DNA from: Pocillopora damicornis | Lineage: Eukaryota | Length of the DNA: 64,000 bases | Assembly: GCF_003704095.1 (NCBI RefSeq) | Contig: NW_020847248.1 | Coordinates: forward strand, 1,364,001 to 1,428,000 | Reading direction: 5' to 3' | In this document: one piece after another, positions 11,285 through 22,028 of the stretch | Layout of the letters: each line of letters starts with the position of its first letter | Position numbering within the stretch: position 1 is the stretch's first letter | Program-made: the position numbers and the translations under genes | The notes under the pieces: generated by a model | What the model was told of the DNA's origin: nothing | The model's input: only the letters and a program-made list of their open reading frames with translations | Database searches by the model: none

Positions 11285-13379
11285 TCATTTTACTAAACAA
11301 GATGAAGTAAAACCATTTGAAGACTGCGATCTCGTAAAACAAAAGTCTGTGTTATCCACGTGGGTCATGCAGTGTTCACGTAACAAGGGCTCGATGTACA
11401 GGCCCAACATGGCGGCTGTCAGTACCCCTGCATGCAAGCCTACAATGATATATCCCATGGCAAACTCTCTGTACCTTTCCTGGAAACAATTTCTGAAAAA
11501 TATTACGGTGTTGACATAAAAGGCACCAACAACCACTCCTGAGATAAACACAAGGAGCAAAACAATCCAGACACTCGATAGAAAACGGTACCAGGCTGCT
11601 AGCACCAAAAACAGAAGATCCATGATTTGAACCAGACACATAATCCAAGGGTAAGGAAATTTAGCCTTGTCTCCCCAGTCTTCTTTTATGCAGGACAGCA
11701 CTCCAAGATACGACCTCCCCACCACCTCCCCTACCATGAATACAAGGATGTAATACTCATAATGGTCACTTGGGCTGAAAGAGCAGCTGGGAAATGCCAG
11801 GGTTGTGACGACGGCTTGAATGATGAAATATTGTGCGAAAAATGTAAAAAAAATTGGTATCATTTGAGGTAGCATCTGACGAATGACCGTGAACTTTTGG
11901 CGCCTAGAAAGAGAGGTATCTTCGCCTATTTCGTCATAATCTTCGTTTGAAGTGTCGTATACATTGTGTGCTGTAAGGTATGAACAAAGGAGGTTCATCC
12001 AGTTAACAATGGGACCGGTAGTAACTTATCGCCGGCAGGGGATCGGAAGATTATGAGGGGAATCACAATTTAATCAGGGGGAACTGGGAGGGAATCAGCA
12101 GTCGCTAACAAATTTTACAAGGGGACTATACAAAACTGACTGCCAGTGAGGGGTGTCATAGGAATACTACAGAACCTTGGGGGGGGAGGGGATCAGGTAA
12201 ATTTTAATATGACATGGCGAATTCACTAATGTCATCGATGGTATGGATTAGTTATACCTGGTAAAACTCATCGCACTTTTTGCGATGATGGTGGTTGTAA
12301 AATCTGCACACTTAACTGAACGTAAATGCTGAACTTACCATCAGTATTTAAAGCTAATAAGCGCACTCCAACATGCTCAGCAGTTAAATAAGTGGGTGGC
12401 TTTGACACTGAATTTCCAGTGGCGTAATAACAAACGAAGATCAGAACCATCATGGCTGCCATAATACAATGGGTGGCTTTTGGTGAAATGCAGGCCCACG
12501 TAGTCATCGCTAAAGAAAAAAATATTCGAGTGTTAACGCTTTGATTCCCATGAGTGACAATTTTTTTTTGGGAGTTGAAAGGTTAAGGGAATTTTTATAC
12601 AGTGTATATGATTTACACTGTACCTTCGCACTTTCCGAGGCTAAATTGAAACAAAACTTAAACTCGATTGCAGATGAAGATATAATTATTTTCGAAAAAA
12701 CAACACATTTGTATTTTAGACTCATTGTTTTGATAACCAATCAAACTAAAAGTCGTAATCGTTGAGTAGTATTTTTCTTCCTTCGCAAAATATGGTTTTG
12801 AAAATCAATAATCAAAGTTGAGAAAAAATTTAAAGTTGAACCTTAAGCAGTTCAGCCTAACTTAACATGCTAAGACACACCTGTATAATATAGGGGTCCT
12901 ACTGCAAATCCTACTCCTGTTCCTGCTGAAAACGCGGTCAGTGTTAACTCGCCATGAAACGAAGTCAAAGACAGTACCGTCACTTCGCAAGCGCTAGCTG
13001 CAAATGAAATCATCACTACTCCAATGAGTTTCCAATAAAGTTGTTTTACGAGTGCAAGCATGATGAGTGCGCTGACATTTAGCAGATAGACAAGAGCAAT
13101 GCGGCCAACATATGGGATGCGCTGCATAAAGTATGGCACAATCAGAGAGACAAGGAAGGCCGGTAGAGTGTCTGCAATAAGAACCGTAGAAGTTGGAAAG
13201 TACGTTTCCGCCAAAATATCTTGAGTAGCAGCTGTAACCAAGGAGAACGTAATGTTGATTAAACTTCCCAGTCCGAAAAACGCTGCCACTTTGCCTAGTC
13301 CCGCGCGTTCAGGCTGGTGATTTGCTGTCAGTTCGTTATCACCTCTTTCATCCAATAGTTTCACCTTGTGGTTTTTCAT
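11285..13379 (-). CDS. CLN3: CLN3/battenin-like protein, copy 3 (451 aa); exons 13379-12881, 12509-12339, 11970-11285
   Basis: Three exons (499+171+686 nt) joined by phase-1 GT-AG introns give one intact frame with multiple TM segments and CLN3 motifs, ending SSCLVK*. Confidence 0.9.
12673..12813 (-). repeat. ~140-bp repeat, inverted partner of 15760-15901
   Basis: The reverse complement is near-identical to 15760-15901; both give the spurious ORF MVIKTMSLK[Y/C]KCVVFSKIIISSS. Confidence 0.85.
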
Positions 13380-15759
13380 ATCAATATTTTGCTACACTAT
13401 GAAATTGACGTTGTCGTTGTACTGAAGCAACTCTTGGCTGATTAGAAAGAAGCCTCTTCTTTGGCATCTGTTTAAATTGCCGTCTCCCTGGAAGTTTCGT
13501 AATTTGTTATCAATTAGATCAATGCTCGCCAAGAGATACAAGTCCAATGAGAACTGAAAGCTTTATGTTACTTAGCTTATCGTTTTATCCATCAAAAAAC
13601 ATTTATCGAATAAAATAACGGTACGTGCGATAAACCGTGATAATCAGCTGTGTTAATAACTTGAATTATTATGTGGCAAGGTTGTCCTAAAGTAAAACCG
13701 ACCGTTCTGATTGGTTCTTGCTTCCTCCGTATTTTCCATACGGATCGTTTCCACGGAAACGGTCATAGGCCGTATATATTTGTTCGCAAAAGCTGGCAAA
13801 TTCCAAATAAACAAGTTGCTCCAACTGCCATTAAATAAACTAATTACTATCTTTGCTTGCTCGAGCCTTATTGGGAATATTGGCCCTCGATCGCTTTTGC
13901 ACGGACCTCGCTGCGCTTGGTTCCTACAGTCACGACCTCGGGCCAATATTCCCCAAAACGGCCCCCACAGAAGGTAATCATATTCTTATTCCGGCTCTCC
14001 CTGATTATTAACCATTGATTTTCATCGCTATTGTTCTTTAAGAAGCTTTGTTATCGTTCAAACATCTTGAAAACTTCTGTCTTAATTTTTGTAATTTTCC
14101 CATTGAAATCTGTGTGCTTAAACATTCTGGAGTCCCACACATGAAGTCATTACGGTAATACGAAAATTGACCCTTTGCACAAAAGGCGAAAAATATATTG
14201 GCATAAAAGAGAATATCAACTGATTAATATTCTCTTGCTTGCCATATAAAATATTTCCTTTTATTGTGCCCGTCAATGTAACATGCAGGTGTTTTCTCCA
14301 ATGTCGAGTCGATGAAAATATTTTTTTTCTCGTGATTAAGTTTGAAATATGTTCCAAAAAAGTTCAGTATAAATTTGTAACAAGCTTCAGTCTGTTAAAA
14401 ATCAAGTGAACTTAAAGATGTCCACAGGGAAATAGCATAAGGAAATATATATTCACTGGACATCTGCTTTATAGTCACTCATGAATTTTTCGATGCACAA
14501 AATTGCTGTAAATGGACACATCATTTCAACTACTAATTTTCTGCTCATCAATTTTGGTTTTGGGATTCTAGTGAGGAAAACATATATCATGATTTTGTCA
14601 TAGACGACAAGATGTCAAAGAAGATATCAATCATCTCGTATTTAGTGTGAAAATTGTCTTCCTCAGTGAGTGATGCTCAGTACACCTTTGTAGTACTTTA
14701 TTTTAAGTTAATTTTTTTAACAGGACTTCTAGAAAATTACCTCCCCTTTATTTATGATTGTTTAGTTCACTTTTCGAGTTATTTTTGTGCCGAATTTACC
14801 ATCAGAGAAGAGTTTTTCTAATCTGGTTTCCAGAGATTTCTCACTCGTGAACAAGATGGCTTATAGAGTTCTTTCTTTCATCTTCCAAACTGAATCTGTA
14901 GACAGTTTCTTATCTTCGTCGGAAGTCAGTGTTCACAATGAACCTACTTTATTAATTTATGGAAATAAAAGTACAATTTGTGTATCAACAAACTTCCGTT
15001 TGTAACGAAATGCCTTTTGATATGTGCCAAAATGACTCTCACTTGCAGCGGAATGATTTTCGGCTAACTATGAACACCGTACAGTGATATAGTCGTCCTT
15101 CTTCGGGACAAGGTCGAGACAAGGTCGTATTCTGTCGGGATTCGCCGCCACACGATCGCACTGTTTCTCATTTCTCTGAATCGTGTGAATTACAATTTGT
15201 TTATTTCAATAAGTTGCTAAATCGATTCAGATTTATTTTACATTAATTTGAATGTCACATTTTCTGAATTGCTCTGAAAAGATCGTTGAATTTCGTATTA
15301 GTATGATACAACTGTGACATTTATTTGTGTATCGTGCAGAATATTCTTCGAAAGAAACCCGGCACTTTAGGATAAGTTTTGTTTGGTTGGCAAAAAAAGA
15401 TTTTTCAGTGTTCTAAGATAGTAAACTATTTTTTATTTCTTAGTGGTTTTATGGGGAGCGGGATTAAAATCAATCTCCATTCATGCGTCAAAATATCATT
15501 ATTTCCTTCACTGCGGTTTGCACTCTCGATCTTTGATTACTTTATTTACATCCATACGAAGACACCTTTTTTCATAATAATAATAATAATAATATACAGT
15601 ATTTATAGAGCGCTAATTCCCAATGGTCCAAAAGCGCTTTGATTACGACCTTAAGTTTTTCATCGTGGTGTTTATACGAATTCTTCCTTTCCGCGGCGGG
15701 TCGCGAAAAACTCAGATTTGTATCTCAGCCAACACCTGGTAAGATTAGAGAGTTTGACT

Positions 15760-15901
15760 GATTATTGATTTTTCAAAACCATATTTTGCGAAGGAAGAAA
15801 AACACTACTTAACGATTACGACCTTAAGTTTGATTGGTTATCAAAACAATGAGTCTAAAATGCAAATGTGTTGTTTTTTCGAAAATAATTATATCTTCAT
15901 C
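15760..15901 (+). repeat. ~140-bp repeat, inverted partner of 12673-12813
   Basis: See the partner copy. An extra partial copy GATTACGACCTTAAGTTT lies at ~15641. Confidence 0.85.
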
Positions 15902-16272
15902 AATAATTCTTTTGCTCTTTTATGCCCTGGTGTTCAGAGAAAATATCATTTTTTTTCTCGCGAGGCTTCAAACAGGCTCTCAAATCAAGAAGTATTTGAT
16001 GGATGAAAACTTCACTCAAACACACGCAATTCAACGAATGAAAATAGGAAATCATTCCTGTAAGGTGAAGATTTCGCGTTCTTTAATTGAGTTTCCGTCA
16101 CTGTATGAGAACACCAGCTGCTTCGACTAAAAAAAAAGTGAAGGTGTGCTTGTACTTAAAATCAACAAACCGTGAAAACCCTGAAACAAGAAGGAATACC
16201 CAATCCTATTTGTGAAGGAAAAAGCCGGCTTGAGTTACAAACGCGTGTTCGTCTTCTAAATCGAATAGTGAA

Positions 16273-19039
16273 ATGTCAACAAGTGATAAAGAGACAGCAC
16301 TGACGCCACTTAAAACTGCTGGTTTCAAACCCAGCGAGAAAGAGCGGGAGCGATTGCGAACAGTGGCAGCATTTTTCGTGTTTGGGGCGCTGATTTACGC
16401 AACATATTCGTTGGTTATAGCGGGCGCTCAAGATATTCTCGCGGGAACGTTCATTCAGACTTCCATGGTTTTAGTCGCGGACATCGGACCATATTTCGTT
16501 GTCACATTAATTGCGCCATACTTCATGCAAAATATTCCTTACTTTGTTAGAATCGCGACGGTATTCCTGACTGGAATCGGTGGCTTTCTCATGCTTGCCT
16601 TTGCTAAGCAAGTTCATTGGAAATTAATGGGCGTCGGGATAGCATCGTTTGGTTATGGAGTCGGCGAAGTGACTTTCTTGGCGCTCACGTCTTTTTATCA
16701 CGAAGTCACAGTGAGTGCATATTCAGCGGGTACAGGAGCGGGATTCATAATCGCACCTTTATATTACACAGGTATGTATTTTGTGTTTATTTTTTGCAAT
16801 AACTTCAGTATCTGGGTTTTCGATGACCTCTTGTTTGTACTAAAGCTGATCCTTTTTTAATAAATTTAAAATTCATATTTCCGTTATTAATATTTGATGT
16901 TAAGTAGTGCAAACGAAAATTATGAGTCCACCTTAGATTTGTTTTCATTTGAAAGCAAATCATACATTTAATACAAAATTGTTTTAGAGTTCTAACAATC
17001 TCAGGGATATTTTTGATCAAGCGAGCGTCTAGAGACTGTAAAAATAAATCATGTGAATTCGGTGGTGCATGACGTGTCTTGTATTAATTTGCCTTTTGTT
17101 TCATTTTTTCCTTGTTTGTGGCTTTATTCTTTTCTATGAATGCAAGCAGGCACGTACAATAAGTGAAGAATGTGTACATTTCTAAATCTAAGCAAAAACG
17201 TGATAAGAAAATTTCCTCATTTGACGCCAACGACCAGAATTGTGAAGAAAAAAGGAAACAATTTCTCAGTTTGTAACTTTGTAATTTATAAGACTTTGCA
17301 TTGTGCAAGCTAAATGTACTTTATCCTTTAATCTCCAATCGCTTTAAAGAGTCATTTTTGGTGGTGGAAAATGAGTTATTTTCACCCGTTGCATTGAGTT
17401 GTATTGAAAATGCCACAAAAATCTTAAATACCACTCTAGAACTCCGCCAGCTTGAATAGCTTGGGGAAAAGGAAATAACCCTGAACAATTCTATCAACTA
17501 TGGTAGAGGACTTTAAAGTTCACTTCAAAATAAGACGCTTTGGTTCACAGGAAGTTCGTTGTTGTAGTTGAGCTAGAGTCACTAAGGAGTTCCTGAATTT
17601 AAGAGGCTGCAATGAAACATTTTGTATCGTTTCTTTCTTGCAGCCATGACAACATGGGCTTGTGTTTCACCAAACGCCACCATATTAATCATGGCGGCCA
17701 TGCTGTTATTGATCTTCGTCTGTTACTACGCTATGGACAAGAAACATCTTGGGTCTCCCAGTTCCCCCGCGGCTAGCGAATGCGGAGGAATAAAGTACAC
17801 ACCAATAGAGACTAATGGTAAGCCTAGTGAATTAGATGCAAACAAATGACCACAATTTAAAAAGAAGAGATCGGTGCATAGTGGAGTCGGAAAGCGATGG
17901 GAGATATAATGTCTTCCTCTGACTCCCAAGTTGAATTAACTGACTTCTTCGGTCCAAAGAGTAAAGAAAAACACCGATGTTTGTTATAAGAGCACCGAGG
18001 GATAAAATTAACCTTCTGAGCCCGAATAGTGATGAGCACCTCATTTCTCATAACAATATCACCCCTGAATCACATGTTTAGGTCACGAGAACAAAGGAAA
18101 TAATCACCAACCAAAGAAGCCCTTAATTATTAAACAACTTCTCATTTCATCAAGAAATATTTAAGCAAGCTCCAATTCTCACTCAATTATGGATAGTCGA
18201 CCCACGGTGCAATTATAATGTAATAAATAGCAGCCATACAAATTCAAGAAATGATGATTTGAATAAGCTTGGTAAGTAGCTGCTCTCCGCTTGATATATT
18301 AATACATATAATGTTAGTTAGTTCTGCATAAAATTTTCATTTGCTTTCGACAGACGCCCAAGCTGAAGAAACGAAGTCCGAAGACAGTGAAAACAACGAC
18401 TCCCTCTCTTATCAAGAAAAGTTCATGATCATTTCTCAAATGCTTCCCAATTTGATACCGATTTTTATTGCCTGGTTTTCAGAATACATGATCATCCAAT
18501 CCGTGATTACAACTCTGGCTTTTCCCAACGCTCCATTCAGACCACGTGACCACTACCAGTATTACATTTTCGTATTCCTGGGGGGTGAGGTTGTGGGACG
18601 GTCTTACCTCGTGGTACTCTCTTATGTCAAAGCAGAATGGGCCGAAAAAGCTAAATTCCCGTATCTATGGGTCCTTTCGACAATAGAAGTCATGCACCTT
18701 CTGTTCTTCGTCTTTTCTGCCTGGTATCGTTTTCTACCGAGTGTTTGGATCGTACTGGTTTTGTCATTCACCGGTGGGGTTACCATCGGAGTTTTCTTCG
18801 TGAACGCATTGGCATTCTTCAGAGACAGATTCGATGATCGATATAAGGAGTTCGCCATGGGGTACATCGTGGTGGCCATGGGAGGGGGCACATTCACAGC
18901 CTCGCTGGTGGGCCTTGTGACTGAGCCCCTGTTAAGAAGGCACTGTATGGTACTTCTGAAGAACGATGATTATTGTTTTACTCGGTCAAAAGCCAGAGAG
19001 CATATAATGTCCCAATGCCTCGTAAAACCGCCAAAGTAA
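16273..19039 (+). CDS. CLN3: CLN3/battenin-like protein, copy 4 (452 aa); exons 16273-16771, 17644-17817, 18354-19039
   Basis: 499+174+686 nt, canonical phase-1 introns at the same positions as copy 3. Motifs GAQDIL, GEVTFLALTSFY, AYSAGTG, SEYMIIQSV, PRDHYQYY and GEVVGRS are present. Confidence 0.92.
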
Positions 19040-20519
19040 CTCAGGGTGCGTCATTAAGATTCTTCTCTCCTTAAAAGGCATTTCATTAATTCTAAATTCA
19101 CAACTTATGACCTTGAGTTTATGAGTCGACAAAACTTGTTCTATGGGATAATCATGATTTAATTACCGAACCTAAAATATTCAATGATAAATAAATCAAG
19201 AAAATGGGTTGGAACAAGTAAGTACATTGCTGCGTTGTTCAATACAGAATTCTTACCAATCAGAAACTATCCTACTCGAAATCATGACAGCGAGAACGCC
19301 ACGTGTCTGGTTTTGAAACCTAAAGAACATGTTTGGTTTTGTGTACTGAGAACATAAGTCGACTCTCGACTTCTGATTATTTATCCTCGCTAGCAAGAAA
19401 GCTAATGATTGGCGGCTTTGTTCCTTCTAACATCCAAACATTTTTATCCCAAGCTTGGCCAACATAACATATTTAACGCTCTCCTTAGAGATAGCATACC
19501 AGTTTGTGAAAGTTAGCGTCTTCCCTCCCTCCCCCCCAGTCCCCAACCGTATCCACTACCGCCTTAACAGTTTATAATAATCCAGTTAAATCAATACATA
19601 TTCCTGGGTGGGGACTGAGAGAAACTCTGTGAGTGAGGTGCAAACTCATAACAGTGACCCTTGAGGGTTTTCCAATACCACGGATCGTAACGAGTCGTAA
19701 AACTGTCGATCCGTTCGACCCGTACGGGTCGTGGAATGTATTCACGAGTTGTACGACCCGAACCGAGTTGTCTAATATATTCACGGGGCGTACTTTCGAT
19801 CTGTGGACCTGAGTTTGGTATGGTGGTGTGTCGATTTGACACTTTAGGTGGAATGTTAAATTTTCAGTTTCTTCTCGTCTACTTTTCTTACTTTCTCCCA
19901 TAACAACAACAAAACGGTCTCTGATTTTAAAATTATTTTCAAAGCAGTTTTTTACTTTGGGGACGCAAGGTTTCAAAACAAAGGAATTTCCCGTCATAAC
20001 TTTTGTTATCGTGACCATCAATTTGTTATTAGAAGGAGTAAAGGAATCATTCTTTAAATGTTTTTTCGAGAAGATTCCTTGGATGCATCCCTTTTTCATC
20101 AACACAAAATTTTTGCTACGCGTATTCCTGCTAATGCGACTGATGTCAAATGCGATACTAAGGCAAGTACACGATACTCTAAGGGTACGCGACTAGAGGG
20201 TCCCGTCGAAAATATGTAATTTTTTCCTTCCCTAATTATGGCTAGTGCTCGTTTCTGCTCTCATGTTTCGTGCATCGTATATTCAATCTTTCCTTCAATT
20301 AAAACAGAGTTCACATTACCTTTGGTTATTTTCTGAGAACAATAAAACATTCTATCTTTTTCCTTTCACATAGTTGCTTTTTTAATAGAAATCCCATCCA
20401 ATCTATCAGCACTCTTTACAAATGTCGCTAATAGAGGAAAGAAAAAAAAAATTTTTATTACTCCCCTGCCCTCCAGCCCCAAAGGCTTCGAAAACACTAT
20501 AAATTCCTAGTTCAAATTT

Positions 20520-21325
20520 TTTGTGTATTTCGCGCGGTGCTTTTTGTCGGTAGAACGAGGAATACTCTAGTTGTTTGTGCACTATGCGCAATGCTTTTAG
20601 AACGAGGAATACTATTGTTTTTTTTGCACTTCGCATGTAGTTTTAAGACCGCGGAATAAATTTGCTGTGTTTGCACTTTGCGGGAAATACATTTATTGTT
20701 TGTGCACTTCGCGCAGTACTTTTAGAACGAGTGAAATACTCTCGTTCTTTTTGCTTTACGACCGAGGAATACATTTGCTAATGCACTTTGCGTGGTGATT
20801 TTAATAGAACGAAGAAAACTCTTGTTGTTTGTGCACTCTCTACGGGGTACTTTAAGAACAAGGAATACACATATTGTTCGTGCACCTCGCGTGGTGCTTT
20901 TAGGACGAGAAATACACTTGTTGTTTGGGCACCTCGCGTGGTTCCCCCTTGAACAAGGGATACGTTGTGCGTTTCCAATAGACGATGTACCGTCTTGTTT
21001 TTTGTCCACTTCGCGCCGTGCTTTTTGCCGGTAGAACGAGGAATACTCTAGTTATTTGTGCACTTTGCGCAATACTTTTAGAACGAGAAATACTCTTGTT
21101 TTTTTTGCACTTCAAATGGTGTTTTAAGACCAAGGAATATCTTTGCTGTGTGTGCACTTCGCGGGGAATACACTTGTTGTTTGTGCAGTTCACGTGCACC
21201 TGAGGTACTTTAAGAATGTTGTATACTTTACGCGGTTCTTTTTAGAACGAGAAATACTCTTGTTGTTTGTGTTCTTCTTGAGGTACTTTAAGAACTTTGT
21301 CTGTGCACTTTGTGCGGTGCTGTAC
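20520..21325. repeat. Degenerate satellite, ~46-47-bp unit (TTAGAACGAGGAATACTCTTGTTGTTTGTGCACTTCGCG...) with ~481-bp higher-order duplication
   Basis: TAGAACGAGG recurs at 20551 and 20598. The block GCTTTTTG.CGGTAGAACGAGGAATACTCTAGTT.TTTGTGCACT appears at ~20539 and ~21020. Confidence 0.85.
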
Positions 21326-21420
21326 GGTGCACAGAGAAGTTGAAGGAGAATATTAAAAAGCATCATCAAAATATTCGACTCTGTTACGATCGTGAAGAAG
21401 AAAAGTCAGAATAAGGGTGG

Positions 21421-22028
21421 GAAGGAAGGAATCGATTATAACATATTATCGAGAATTTTTGAGGGTCTCAATGGTGTGATGGATTTTATGGCCAAAGGTT
21501 AAAATTTTGGCCGATTTCGGGCTAACGGATAATTTCTTTCAACTGTTATCGCAGGGAGTTTTTTTACGGTCACCTTTCCTATGACTAATGTTAAAAATTT
21601 GTCCATTTTTCGACGCCTAACGGCTAAATTTTGCGGTCGTTTCACGGCCAACTGTTGACCCCATTGAGACCCTTTCATGGCTCTGATGACCATACAAAAA
21701 GTGGAGATACCTTCTTCAAGCTTACTTTGTGGTCGCAGTAGATGCAAAAAAGTTTTTGGAAGAAAACATAAAACATATCAAAGACAACGAAAACTTTAAG
21801 TTAGCTTTATTTTTCATAGGAAATGGCTGCAAACCAACCAATCGGAAAATTGATCATGACGTCGCAGGAGTGGGAAGTAAGCGAAGGAAAAGGGAGGCAA
21901 GCTTTGAAATAAGTCAGGCAACTCGATTTTATCTGGCTAAACTGGGACACAAACCGGAGGGTATGGTTTCATTTTGACATGCTGTTTAATAAGACTATTC
22001 ATTTGGAAGGCAGCCCACGTCTCCAGTA
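21421..22028 (+). pseudogene. Disrupted ORF of unknown family ('FKLALFFIGNGC' protein), interrupted by a MITE
   Basis: Joining frames gives SGDTFFKLTLWSQ*MQKSFWKK/IKDNENFKLALFFIGNGCKP/IGKLIMTSQEWEVSEGKGRQALK*VRQLDFIWLNWDTNRRVWFHFDMLFNKTIHLEGSPRLQ*. This is protein-like composition with frameshifts and stops. Confidence 0.5.
21462..21673. mobile_element. MITE with 13-bp terminal inverted repeats
   Basis: AGGGTCTCAATGG (21462-21474) ... CCATTGAGACCCT (21661-21673). Confidence 0.7.

Noticed and set aside
19572-20105. 177-aa ORF as an intact gene
   Set aside because: It has a non-ATG start, and its 3' half is an alternative frame over the TTREYI mini-ORF. It is treated only as part of the decayed element.
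20520-21325. CRISPR-like array; several ORFs on both strands
   Set aside because: Units are contiguous degenerate copies with no unique spacers, there are no cas genes, and the context is eukaryotic. The ORFs are translations of the satellite.
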